DNA of 64,000 nt from Chrysomallon squamiferum (taxonomy: Eukaryota; Animalia; Mollusca), in contig CM022672.1 in NCBI GenBank assembly GCA_012295275.1, positions 33,294,001 through 33,358,000 on the forward strand. Reading direction: 5' to 3'. Numbering within the stretch: the first letter of the stretch is position 1; every line of letters starts with the position of its first letter. This document shows positions 13,684-26,764 of the stretch, piece by piece. Made by a program: the position numbers and the translations under genes. Under the pieces are notes generated by a model, which saw nothing but the letters and a program-made list of their open reading frames with translations, was not told the origin of the DNA and did not search any database.

Positions 13684-14310
13684 GATAGTAAACTGAGAAA
13701 ATTTAGCTTGAACAATATATTTTTTTTTTACATAAATACCAACAAGCAATAACGTGTCCGTTATTTAAATCTTCTGTTCGTCATCGTATTCAACTTAGAT
13801 AGAAATTTTATATTATTCAAGAATCCATATTACCATTCATAAAACTTGACTACATTTAGTTACTGACAAGCCAGGCTAAATGGAAATTACAGAAATTAGA
13901 AAGATGACAACTACCAGTCTATTTTTGGAGATCGAGCAGACGTTGAATATTTTACACAGTCATTATAAACAGTGTTAGTAGAAAATATGTCGATCTTTAA
14001 AGTTCGGTGGAAGCATAGAGGTCATACAACGGTGAAAATAGTAATATTAAAACAGTAGACGATTTTACATCATCCGTTATGCAATAATGAGTTTATATTT
14101 ATTTGATTTTACATTAATTAGTTAATTAATAATTTAGTAATTTGCACGTAACAGCTTCAAAATGAACACTCGATTCTTCAACATGTTCCCGAGGAAATCC
14201 TCTAACGCACACGAAAACGTAAACATAAAAGTGTGCTAAAGAAATACCAGAAAAAGAGAAAAAATACCATAGCAAATTTGGTCGCACCATTTTTAATAAC
14301 CATTAAAACA

Positions 14311-14341
<31 letters not shown>

Positions 14342-14447
14342 TAATGTATATATGTCCTAGGACGACAGATTCATAGAAAAAAGCTTACACAGAACGACAA
14401 TCTCAAATGCAGCAGTAACGGTTTCAAATAGTGGCTTACTAATTTAA

Positions 14448-14457
14448 GCGCATGCGC
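14448..14457. promoter_or_regulatory. NRF1/ewg-type palindrome in the divergent intergenic region between the Hint gene and the orphan gene
   Basis: GCGCATGCGC is a perfect NRF1 consensus, about 140 bp upstream of the orphan-gene ATG. Confidence 0.55.
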
Positions 14458-14596
14458 AGTTAAAAACGACCGATGAAATGTACCGCAGGCGTTTGAGAAT
14501 GGTAAACACACATTTTTAATGTTTGTTTTTGTTGGTCAAGAAACTGAATAAATAATTTAAAGAACTGACATATAATTATATATAACACTCAAGACA

Positions 14597-15079
14597 ATGG
14601 ACAGGGTACGATCAATTAATACTAGATAGGATACGATACATATTATGCAGTTTGTTTTGCCGCGAATTTTATACACGGAATAAACCGATCTCGGATCTTG
14701 CTACGAACGAAATCGCTGTATATTTTGTGTACAACCAGAAAGAAATGACGTTCTATAAAATTATTTATCATTAAAACACATTAATTTATAAACATGTTAT
14801 CATCCAGTATTTTTAAATAATTTTATTTTTTTCTTTCTTTTTTTTTTTTTTTTTTAAATAATGCTTAGATAACTTGTTTTTTTCTTGTGTTTCGACTTTT
14901 AGCCTACTGTATGAGTAATTTAAGAAATGAACGAATTAAGATAAATATATTATTGCCATGAATAATATCTTTTTTCTTTCTTTCTTTGTTTCTTTTTTTT
15001 TTTTTTTTTTTAGTATGGAAGTCTTAAGTTACCAGTAAAAGGTAAGACTGCATTAATTACGATTAATCATGATTTGTTC

Positions 15080-15113
<34 letters not shown>

Positions 15114-16366
15114 TCTGTTAGTTTTCCTAAAAAAAAAAAAAAAAAAAAATACAATAAATATTAAGATATATAATCACTGTGTGAAAATAATGACTGAATG
15201 CGAATGCGCTCATGAAAAAAATCAAAATAAAATGATCAATTTTGCATGATCATTCGTTTTTTTTTTTTTTTTCAAGCAAGGGAGGTAACCACGTCATGTT
15301 TCGATCAGGACAGCATACATCAGTGCACTTTGTCAATCGTCAATAATTTTATACGTTATGGTCGACATTTTCTTGAATTTAGTTTTGTAATTTTCACTGA
15401 AAATACTATAAGGGAAAAACAACTATTTCGCAGTCGTATAAAGGTTGCACAGGTTATATTTGTAGATTTAAAACTAAAAAAAAATCGACTTCATGACGTC
15501 AAACATTCATACGATGAATATTACATTACAATAAACTAATTTATTATATCCCCCCATATTTGTGGGGGGTTGTCTTGTTTACTGTTAAAAATTATTGAAC
15601 TGAAAAAAATAAATCCTTTAAATTAGCATTACAAAAACAAATTTTTTATTAATACATTTAGAATAATTAAAAGTAATGAACTGTTATATTTATTTAATAA
15701 TTATAATACTGATTATAATAAATTATTATTATTATCATTTTATTATTATTATTATTATTATTTAGGTTCATTGCTAGTATCATTTTATTAGTATTTTTTA
15801 TATATTTACAAATTCATAAGAGGATTTTCTTTTAAACAAACAAAATATTCTTGAAATGTTTTGCATTTAAGATAAATATTGAATAATATGACATAAATAG
15901 ATATTTTGTTATGTTCTTGATGGCACTTCAAATATTGCTGAACAGGTTTTAGTAATTAAGTTTTAATTAAATTATGAACTGCTGTTATTATTAATATTCA
16001 TTAATATTCATTAATATTAGTAATTTTAGTTTAGTTTAGAATATGGTTATTCCATTTAAGGCTTCATTTATTTTTCTTTCCTATGATACTGATATCTGAA
16101 AAACAGCATATTTAAAAACACACACACACACACACACACGGACACACACATGCCCAAAAACATTACTACTACTACTATTACAATTACTGTATATTGAGGC
16201 TTAAAACTGACATATATCATACATAATTATTTGTAGCAAAATTATTATTGTTGTTGTTGTTGCTGTTGTTTTATTTTTTAATTGTAATTTTTACAAAGAT
16301 GAATTTCAAGTAGAAATTAAATCATAAACAGAAATCAACTAATGCACATATTATTAAGTTTGATTT

Positions 16367-16398
<32 letters not shown>

Positions 16399-17865
16399 TT
16401 CTACATATGTTAACATAAGATTTCTGAGATAACAGTATTAATATTATTATTTTTTTTCTGACAGTAATGGCTGATACTGGAATGGAAGTTACTAGTGTGA
16501 TAATTCAGCTGATAGATTAAAATAATTTCTAGCTGCTGAAAACAAAATACTTGTCAGAATTCACTGTTAAATTCATAATTTTGTAATAAATTATAGTAAT
16601 AATAATAATAATAATAATAACAGTAATAATATTAATAATAGTAATTACAATAAGAATAATAATAACAATAATAGTAATATAATAGTAATATAATAGTAAT
16701 AATAATGGTAATCATAATAATAATAATAAAAATAAAAATAATAATAATATAATAGTAATAATAATAATAATAATAACGATGATAGTTGTTGTCGATGTGC
16801 TATTTTTAGTATTCATATTGATTTGAATTGCACAGAGGATAAAGGAACAGGTGGAGACCAGGCTCCTGTGTCCAGCTGTCCAGTTAAAGAGACAAAAAGT
16901 CCACCTGAAGTGAAGATAAAAGTCGAGAACACAGGGCAAGAATGTGAAAAATGCAAAGATTTGTGCCATGGTAAAGAACTGGTTGTTAGACTGGATTCAG
17001 TTGACGACTGTCTGAAAATGCTGAAGACTATAAAGAAGGAAGAAAATCAAAATGAAAGCAAGAACGTTGCCACTCGGTGTTTTGACGACGAAGGTGATGA
17101 TGGTGATAAGAAAGAGGGACAGGACAAGCAGTTTCTTCAGATTGCAGCAAAACAGAACCCAAAGCCGAAGAGAGTTTCAAGAAAGACAAGAAACTCAAAT
17201 CCTACTAAAGCAAAGGTAAAACTCGAATCCTATTAAAATAAAGGTAAAACTTGAGCCCTACTAAAACAAAGGTAAAACTTGAATCCTGTTAAAACAAAGG
17301 TAAGACTTGAGCCCTATTAAAACAAAGGTAAAACTCAAGTTCTATTAAAACAAAGGTAAAACTTGAGCCCTATTAAAACAAAGGTAAAACTCGAGCCCTA
17401 TTAAAACAAAGGTAAAACTCAAGTTCTATTAAAACAAAGGTAAAACTCGAGCCCTATTAAAACAAAGGTAAAACTCGAGCCCTATTAAAACAAAGGTAAA
17501 ACTCAAGCCCTATTAAAACAAAGGTAAAACTTGAGCCCTATTAAAACAAAGGTAAAACTCGAAACCTACTAAAACAAAGGTAGCATTAATTACAACTGTG
17601 CAGTTAAAATGTGTTTGAACTGTAAGGATCTAACTGTGATTGGAAAAATAAAGTGATGTGTGATTTGTATGGATGTGCTGTTCTCTGACATATGTTATAA
17701 AATATTTTATTACAGAATAAAAGGAAGGCTGAAGAAGTGACAGATTGTCCAGCAGATAGAGTAAAGTGTGTGAAAGTGGACACCAACAAAAAAAGAGGTT
17801 TCATTATTTTAATTTTCAATTTTTAAAAAAGTGTTCTCGTTATTCTCTTTATGATAAATATTTAC

Positions 17866-17901
<36 letters not shown>

Positions 17902-18464
17902 ATATGTATTATATCCAAATGAAGACAAAGCTGAAAGTATTGAAATTATTGTTTAAAAACAATGGCTGTATTTACATGTTTCAGAGAGAACAAGTTCAAA
18001 CTTTGAGCAGTTCCAAAAAAACATGGAGGAAATGATGGTAAAAATTAAAATATAAAATTATTTTATTGTAACTGTTTTTATGTCATTACAACTTAACTAT
18101 CTCTATATTTTACAGTCTGAAAAGTGAAAATAATTATTTTAGCAAATAGTGTGTTCCTTGATTACTATTTAATCTTTAATTCATTAATTGTTAATAACAT
18201 TAATTATTGAATTGTTTCTAATAATTAACTGAATTTATAAAAAACTGTATTTTTTGACTCTAAAAGGTTAAACGTGTCTGCTTCATTCAGTAACTAATTG
18301 TTTTAATTTTAATTAAGAATTTTTTATTATTTTTTTTGTCACAAATATTTTATTTTGTGAAACTTTTCTCCCAGAAAGCAGCGATTCAGTTCCATCAAAA
18401 GTTTGAAGAGACGATGCAGTTATATCAGCAGTTTCAGTCAAGTTGGAACAACTTTTTGATGTAA
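14597..18464 (+). CDS. Uncharacterised ~223-aa Lys/Glu-rich, probably nuclear protein; exons 14597-14605, 15014-15041, 16465-16494, 16836-17215, 17716-17797, 17985-18037, 18375-18464
   Basis: All junctions are GT-AG with compatible phases, giving one 672-nt ORF: MDR/YGSLKLPVK/VMADTGMEVT/KDKGTGG...EVKIKVENTGQECEKCKDLCHGKELVVRLDSVDDC...PKPKRVSRKTRNSNPTKAK/NKRKAEE...NKKR/ERTSSNFEQFQKNMEEMM/KAAIQFHQKFEETMQLYQQFQSSWNNFLM*. The first three micro-exons are less certain than the last four exons. Confidence 0.72.
17191..17582 (+). repeat. 14 x 28-bp tandem repeat made of the last 25 nt of an exon plus the GTA donor
   Basis: Unit AAACTC(G/A)AGCCCTATTAAAACAAAG|GTA. The first copy is the coding exon end (17191-17215); the last copy continues into unique intron sequence (GTAGCATTAAT). 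Confidence 0.95.
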
Positions 18465-20412
18465 TTCTCTGTCATGAAAAGAGCTAGAAGGTCATGGTTT
18501 ATATCTGTCTGCAAACATGTCAGTCTGTCTGTCTGTCTGTCTGTCTGTTATTGGTTTAGTTGTAGAGTCTTATAAGAAATAAGATCAATCATTTTAGGTG
18601 TATTCAGCCTGCGAACAGTAATAATAAATTACATTTAAATATTAATTATGCTGAGGAGAGTTTTAGCATTTCTTCCTCAGAGAAGCATTTTAATTACATT
18701 TTATTCATCCTTGTTTATTTGTTAATTTTTGTCTTCTCTCCATCTCTATTGATAACTCAGGACTTGAATAATTTTTTTTTTTTTTTTTCAGGTTGAAGCC
18801 TGGTCACAAGATGACACATTTTAATTTTTCATGTCTTAGTTTAAAGTAAGTTAATAAAGAAAACTACAGAACTGGTTTGTTTTATTTTTTTTCTCATATT
18901 GCTGATCATTTTTCACTGTGTAACTGTCAGTGTGTGTCTGCATGTCTTATTGTTCAGTGTACATCAGTATGTCAGCAGTATGTCTAGGAAAGTTAAGAGC
19001 TGATGAAGTGGAAAGATGTAATGAAAAACAACAGCAAGTCATTCACCTGTGACCACTGTACACTAGCTGCACAATGACTAAATCTTTCTGTCCAGTCCTG
19101 TCAAAAAGTGATACAAGTAGAGAGTCACTTACCTTGTCATCATTATGTGTGTGTGTGTTTTAAAAAATATGTGCATATTTTTGTGTATATGTGTATATAT
19201 ATATGTGTGTATGTATGTTGAAATGTATGTGTGTGTATGTGTATATATATATATATATAAATATATGTTTGTATGTATGTAGTTTTTATGTATGTGTGTA
19301 TGTGATTGTGTATTACATGTGCATGTTTAATTGTATATATTATGTATGCATGTATATGTAGGTGTATTTAGTTCATAAGTATGTGTATGTATGTAATTGT
19401 GTATTACATATGCATATAATGTATGTATGGATGTGTTTAGGTGTGTGTATGAGCAATAATATCTTAGTCAAACAAACACAGTAAAATTAAATTTAATAAA
19501 GGTGTGAAACATAAATTGTTGAATGAAATTTTAAAATCACACCAATCTGCTCATATTAAAAATATTTTTCACCCTTAGGATTTGTTATTTTCAACATCTT
19601 TAATTATTAGCTTTTTTCACATGCAAAAAAGAAACGAGAAATGAAAGTCTTAATAAAAATATGTTCTAAATTATTATATCTTGAGTGCAAGAAATCTGTG
19701 AATTTGTTTTTGAATTGCAACAAATTAGTAAATGTTTTTCTGTTCTCTCTCTCTTTCTCTCTCTCTCTCTCACACACAAATACATGATTACACAAACACA
19801 CAGATACATGATTATTTTAAAAACATTAAACATATCTGCAAATAAAACAAAAAAGAAGTTATGAAACTGATAAAATGTTTTGTTCACAAAGAAAAACAAC
19901 AAACTTGCCTAATTACTAAACAAGATGGAATCTCTCTACAGGCCAGAAAAAGACAAAATAACAAAACAAACCAATATTGGTCCATCACAGCAATTTAAAG
20001 ATGAACAGTTATAAACAGTATTAAGTATTTTGTGCACCATAGATAAATAAGAAGTATATACAACAAATATTCTTTGAAATAAAAACAATCACTTTTTATT
20101 ATAAAACCCCCCCAAAAGACAACTATTGTATTTGTCTTCAAATCAAAACGCAGAACTCCAGTTCTAAAACTTGAAAAACAACCAAAATGTTTTACAGAAA
20201 CAACAGACAAATGTACAAACAGAAACTTCAGTCCTGGATGAAGAGCCTGGTATTTGAATCTGATGTTGCATTCACTCTGTAAGGAAAACAGGCAGACTAA
20301 CCAGACTGAGTATTTTTTTTTTTTTTTTTTTCTGAATTCTCCAGTCCCAGCGTCTGCTTCATTTTGTAATGAAACACAGATGACGAGATGTAGATTTGTC
20401 ACACTAATGTAG

Positions 20413-20453
20413 GTCAGGTAATACGTCAGGTAATACGTCAGGTAATACGTCAG
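20413..20453. repeat. 3.4 x 12-bp repeat GTCAGGTAATAC; each junction forms TACGTCA (CRE-like)
   Basis: Read directly from the sequence. Confidence 0.85.
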
Positions 20454-22425
20454 ACAGACAAAAGTGTATTTTCTCTACGTCAGTGGCGTGCAGGGGCGTG
20501 GTTAATCCCCAGGGCCAGCTCTCTGACTATGTTACAAAGACTCAAGTATAAGGCCTGGTACTGAGAAATATTACGAGAAAGAAGATATTTTAAATATGTA
20601 ACCATAAATGAAACATAAAATAAACAGTTTATTCGATTTAAATATAAAGCAACCAAATTTATTAAGTTATTTTTCTTATATTGAATTTTCTTAAAATTAC
20701 AACTTTTGGTGTTCATTACAGAAATACACGATTTGTCATGTATACAAATTATATGTTTTTCATTTTCGATTCGTTATTTTTATTGATCAAGTGTTCAATG
20801 AAGATAGCTTTCAAAATTCAGTATTTGCAAACTGTATAAAATTATCTTCCCCATCTAAACTAGACGATTCAAAAATTATGACAGCAATTTCAGCCAGAAA
20901 TGATTACTGATGAAAAATTAATTTTTATTTCAGCATCAACATTCAGCTATCAGCATTTTGAATGATTACTTTTGTGAACGTTTTTACTGCTTTCATTTAA
21001 TTCTGCGTATTTTTTAAATTTTATTTTAATTGTAAAACCAAGTGTTAAATAAGTAAAAATAAATATTTGTAAATCTGTTATTTTATTTGTTGTTTTGAAC
21101 AAATTAAGTTTTTAGAGATATTGATATTAAATTTTATCTTCAACTGATAATTTTGTTCACTGATAATATAAATCACCTGATCAGCTGTATACCGCAGGCA
21201 ATTATGGAATATAAATTGTTAACAATTTTCCGTTCCAAACATTATCTGTCACCTGTAACTGTGACTGGTTTATTAAATAATGACGTGGTACATACGTTTT
21301 AAAAATAGATCATTTACAGTTTAGTTTAATTAAACTTAAGTTACCAATGTGCTTTGTTTTATTTTTATATCTCATATTTGCAAAATAAAAATAAAACGTG
21401 AAGAAAAATAATAAGTGGAGTATAAGTAAAATACCTGTTGACAAACCGCCTCATTAAGTTAACCTAAGAAACGAGTTTGATGTGTCTTCTGTTTTTAATC
21501 AGTTCTAAACAAGAATTAGGATCGTTAATTTGAAATAAAGCAGACGTCAAATTCAGACGGCCATTCCTGTTCATGATGAATGGACTCAGATGTCGTCTGC
21601 TTGTTTATGGAAGTCGTTTTCGACAAAACGTTTGCTAGTTATATTTTTATTTTATGATACATAATCAACATTTAAGTTACGCATTCAGTGGTTCGATAAT
21701 TTTTCCCAGATATTAATAAATGAAATATCTTATCTTCAGACTTAATTAATTCGTATTAAAATTATTACATTGCTATTAAATATCCGTGTGAAGTTTCTTT
21801 ATGTCTCGTTTGGTAATCTGACACAAATATTTATTATCTACCATCCTTTTAATTATTCCTTAATTTCTTCTTATTATTATTACTTTTTTTTGTTATTCTA
21901 TTTCTTTTTTTCTTTTTTTTTTTATCGCCTATTCTCTCTTAAGTCAGTTTAGAGTGAAAATAAAAGGAAAAATAAATAAATAACAGAATAATAAAATAAA
22001 ATAAAATAAAATAAAAATAAAAACAATATGAAAAGAAAAGTGAAATTTTAAAAGAAAAAACAAGTCAATCTTTGGAAATATTTTGTAAATTTTATTTTTA
22101 TTAGTAAACTACAACTAAAAATAACAAACAAAAGTGATCATTTATAACACAGAAACAAAAACAAAACAAAAAACTGACATAGGCTGTCTCCAGAGTCTTG
22201 TCCACCTCAAACCTGCTTGAGCCATCTTGTAACCCAGGAGACATCTATTATTAACTCAACATAAAGTAAATAAACTAAATGTATTGAAAAACTTGCCTCA
22301 TTGTTTCTTTTTCTTATTTTCAATGTTTTGTTTTCACATTTCAAATTATAGTCTTCATGATTTTACATTTAACTTGTGAGATAAACACACCATTTTGTTT
22401 ACATGTTGTTTACATGTTGTTTACA

Positions 22426-25014
22426 TCATACTTCATTCCTGAATGCTGTCGCTGAACTACTTAATTCACCACTGTTCACATTCATATCATCATCCACATA
22501 CATTTCACTCTAAAATAAAATAAATAACAAACAATCAAATATATATATAAAAAAAACAATACACAGGCAAATAAACAAATTTTCGTTTTATTACATCAAC
22601 AAAATTAAACGAAATATTCCACTGTTTTAAGAAATTATTATTAGTAGTAACCTTTTTTTTTTTTTTTAAACTTCTAAACTAAAAAAAAAAAGTACCCCCC
22701 CCAAAAAAACAAAATTAAAAAATTTAATTACAAAACATAGGAATCTTTTAAATAACGTATTCATTTCATTTAAGAAAGATTTCACATCACTAAAGAGAAT
22801 ATGTAAACTTCACCAACATCGCTGTCTTCATCATCGCTGAGCAGACGACTGGAGCATTCAGCGCCATTGCTTATCAGTACTGCAACGACATTGGCAAATC
22901 CGTGTCCTGCGGCGAGGTCGACGGGAGTGACGTCCCCGAAGGTGACGCTGTTGATGTTCAGTCTCGGCTGTTCGAGCAGGAAGTCGAGCAAGACGCGGTT
23001 TCCAGTTTCTGCGGCGTAGTGAAGTACAGTGCGTCCACTTTTACCATCCTGAAATTGTTTTTAATTGTTACCATCCTGAAATTGTTTTTATTGTTAAATA
23101 GACAGACAGACAGACAGACAGATTGTTAAATAGAAGTACAGAGTGAAGTACAGTGCGTCCACTTTTACCATCCTGAAATTGTTTTTATTGTTAAATAGAC
23201 AGACAGTCAGACAGAGTGAAGTACAGTGCGTCCACTTTTACCATCCTGAAATTGTTTTAATTGTTAAATAGACAGACAGACAGACAGAGTGAAGTACAGT
23301 GCGTCCACTTTTACCATCCTGAAATTGTTTTTATTATTAAATAGATAAATGAACAGATAGACAGTTAGAGAGACAGACAGATAGATAGATAGATAGACAG
23401 ACAGAGTGAAGTACAGTGCGTCCACTTTTACCATCCTGAAATTGTTTTTATTGCTAAATAGATAAATGAACAGATAGACAGACAGATAGATATACAGATA
23501 GTTAGAGAGACAGACAGATAGAGAGACAGACAGTCAGACAGAGTGAAGTACAGTGCGTCCACTTTTACCATCCTGAAATTGTTTTTATTGTTAAATAGAC
23601 AGACAGACAGACAGAGTGAAGTACAGTGCGTCCACTTTTACCATCCTGAAATTGTTTTTATTGTTAAATAGATAAATGAACAGATAGACAGACAGATAGA
23701 CAGTTAGAGACAGACAGATAGATAGATAGATAGACAGACAGAGTGAAGTACAGTGCGTTCACTTTTACCATCCTGAAATTGTTTTTATTGCTAAATAGAT
23801 AAATGAACAGATAGACAGACAGATAGATAGACAGACAGTTAGAGAGACAGATAGATAGATAGATAGACAGTCAGAGTGAAGTACAGTGCGTCCACTTTTA
23901 CCATCCTGAAATTGTTTTTATTGTTAAATAGATAAATGAACAGATAGATAAACAGACAGATAGATATACAAACAGATATATAGATGGATACACAGACAGA
24001 TAGATAGATATATAGATAGACAGATAGATAGATAGATAGATGGATAGACAGATAGATAGATACACAGACATGGCTAGACAGACAGATAGATAGGCAGACA
24101 GACACACAGATATATAGATAGACAGACAGGTAGATAGATAGAAAGACAGATAAATAGATAGTCAGATAGAGAGATTATAGTGATTTTTTTCCAGTTAAGT
24201 TGTAAAGAATGAAATATTATCTCCACTTCAAAACATTTATTATTATTATTTTTTTAATTTGTATTTTAATTTGTCTCTACTCTGATTATATACAGAAACA
24301 GACTTCAGCATTAAAATATTATTATTATTGTTATTATTATTATTACTATTATTATTATTGTTATTGTTATTATTATTATTATTATTATTGTTATTATTAT
24401 TATTATTATTATTGTTAATGTTATTATTGTTATTGTTATTATTATTATGTGCAGACTTTACATGTGAGTTAATTTTTGCTCCTCTTCTCAGCAGAAGTTT
24501 CATTACTTCAATGTGACACCCTTCAGCAGCCAGGTGTAGACAAGAGAGACCTGAAAATAATTAACATAACAAAACATAACAAAACTAAACATAAACAAAA
24601 CATAACAGAACTAAACATAAACAAAACATAACTAAACATGACAAAACATAACAAAACATAAACAGAACATAACCAAACATAACAAAACATAACTAAACAT
24701 GACAAAAAATAACAAAACATAACCAAACATAACCAAACATAACAAAACATAACAAAACATAACAAAACATAACTAAACATGACAAAACATAACAAAACAT
24801 AACCAAACATAACAAAACATGACAAAACATAACAAAACATGACAAAACATAATAAAACACAACCAAACATTACTAAACATGACAAAACATAACCAAATAA
24901 ATAAACAAAATAAATAGAGAAAAGAACTCCTGATGATGTCCAAAATTAAATAAATCTGTTTGGATTATTTATATCTCTGTGTCTGTTAATAAAATCACAT
25001 GCACACACAAATAC

Positions 25015-25057
<43 letters not shown>

Positions 25058-25289
25058 TGTATTATTATTATTATTATTTTATTAATATTATTATATTACT
25101 ATTATTATTATTTTCATTATTATTATTACTATTATTATTTTATTATTATTATAATTATCATATTATTATTATTTTCATTATTATTACTATTATTATTATT
25201 CTATTATTATTCTATTATTATTATTCTTTTATTATTACTTACTATTATTATTATTACTATTATTATTATTACAATTATTATTATTACTA

Positions 25290-25326
<37 letters not shown>

Positions 25327-25743
25327 TACTACTATTACTATCATCATCATCATCATCATCATTACTTAAACCTCAGCTCACCTTCATAATTCTTCAACTT
25401 GAGGTCCTGTGGGATTCTCTGGTACGGAATGTCGTACTTGTTCTGCAGAGTCTCCTGGAACGTCACCGGCTCCAGCAAGCAGTGCACGACGTCAGCAACT
25501 CCCTCACGACACGCCACGTGCAGAGGCGTGTTGCCATGGAGATCTCTGACGTCAACCGAAGCTCCGGCTACCATCAGGCGTCTGACGACGTTGCTCATGC
25601 GGGTGATGACGGCGAGATGAAGAGGGGTCTGGGACAGCGAGTTTGCGATGTTGAGCCAGTCCCTGGACGGGGCCTGGTTGATGAAGTGCAATGCCATTGG
25701 TTCCTCGGTGAGAATAATTGCCATGTGCAACTGACTGTATGTA

Positions 25744-25800
<57 letters not shown>

Positions 25801-26674
25801 GTAATTTTTCAAAAAACGATAAACTGTCAGTTAAGGTTTTTAATTTTTAATTTTATTTTTAAAAATGTTTGTGAATTAATTTATATCACGTTCTGTCTTA
25901 TTTAGTTTAACAATAGAATATTAAAAAAAAAAAAAAAACGCGCATAAACATCAATCAAAAAAAAAAAAAAAAAACAATTGTATTTTCTGTTATTATGATG
26001 GTATTAAAAATATTAATATAAAAGTTCAGTTTTTCTTCCGCTCACTTTCAACACACACACACACACACAACAGTATTTTAAAAAAAATAATAATAATAAC
26101 AGTGATATTGATTAATGAATTAAATGTAAGTTTTATAGGTAGACATTTTTAATTTATTTTTAATTTATTTTATTTGTTTTTATTATTATTATTATTATTT
26201 TTTTTACAAAATTAAAAAAAAAAAAACTTACGTGTCACCATCTTCATCCTGCGTGTATATGTGAAGAACTTCGTTCTGTGGCTCATATTTGTAAACATTC
26301 GACATCGGAACAACCGACTGTGGTTGTAGATTACCGCACGCGACGGCTTCGCTGCTTTCCAACAAGCTGCGCATGACCGGAACGGCTGCACGGTCTGACC
26401 TCTCGGACGTACTTAAACCTTCGTCGAAAGAAATCTTCGTCTGCGAATTGGCAGAAAGCTTCATGCTTCGTAAACTCACTGAAATGTCCGTTGATTCTGC
26501 CGCATTTGGGTCCGTGTTGTCTCGTGACGATCGAAGAGGTAGTTGGAATGTTTCGAATCCGGTGAAACGTTGTTCTTGCTGATGTTGTTCCCGCGTTTTT
26601 GCAAGCCACTCCGGATGTAGCTGTTGTTCATCGCAAACTCGTTTGACGTTGTGATCTTCAGACGCAGAATTCAT
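22426..26674 (-). CDS. IkB: NF-kappaB inhibitor (IkappaB/cactus-like ankyrin-repeat protein), about 399 aa; exons 26674-26232, 25734-25382, 24550-24462, 23048-22818, 22509-22426
   Basis: Ankyrin repeats typical of IkappaB: [81 protein letters not shown]. Acidic PEST-like tail [22 protein letters not shown] junctions with phases 2, 1, 0, 0. The exact exon-4 donor (22818, 22814 or 22809) is uncertain. Confidence 0.93.
23018..23930 (-). repeat. Tandem copies of the IkappaB intron-3 acceptor plus the first 31 nt of exon 4, separated by (GACA/GATA)n microsatellite
   Basis: Plus-strand unit GAGTGAAGTACAGTGCGTCCACTTTTACCATCCTGAAATTGTTTTT starts at about 23141, 23214, 23287, 23404, 23541, 23614, 23741 and 23874. 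A short copy is at 23068 and the real junction is at 23048/23049. Confidence 0.95.
24565..24895. repeat. 10-bp tandem repeat (AACAAAACAT variants) in an IkappaB intron
   Basis: Read directly from the sequence. Confidence 0.9.
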
Positions 26675-26764
26675 TATTCCCTCACAGTTGTTAACCCGCA
26701 GTGTCTTTCCTGTATAACGACAATTAAAATGGCAGTCAAACACAAATTTGTAATCCGCTATTCT

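Noticed and set aside
24209-25389. Poly-Tyr, poly-Asn, poly-Leu and CFVMF-repeat ORFs
   Set aside because: Translations of (AAT)n and 10-bp repeats inside IkappaB introns.
25399-26609. Antisense and alternate-frame ORFs over IkappaB exons (and 4183-4374 over Pin1)
   Set aside because: Shadows of GC-richer real exons, with no independent signals.
26675-26743. N-terminal extension MFDCHFNCRY... of the 171-aa ORF
   Set aside because: Begins at a non-ATG codon; the first in-frame ATG is at 26674.
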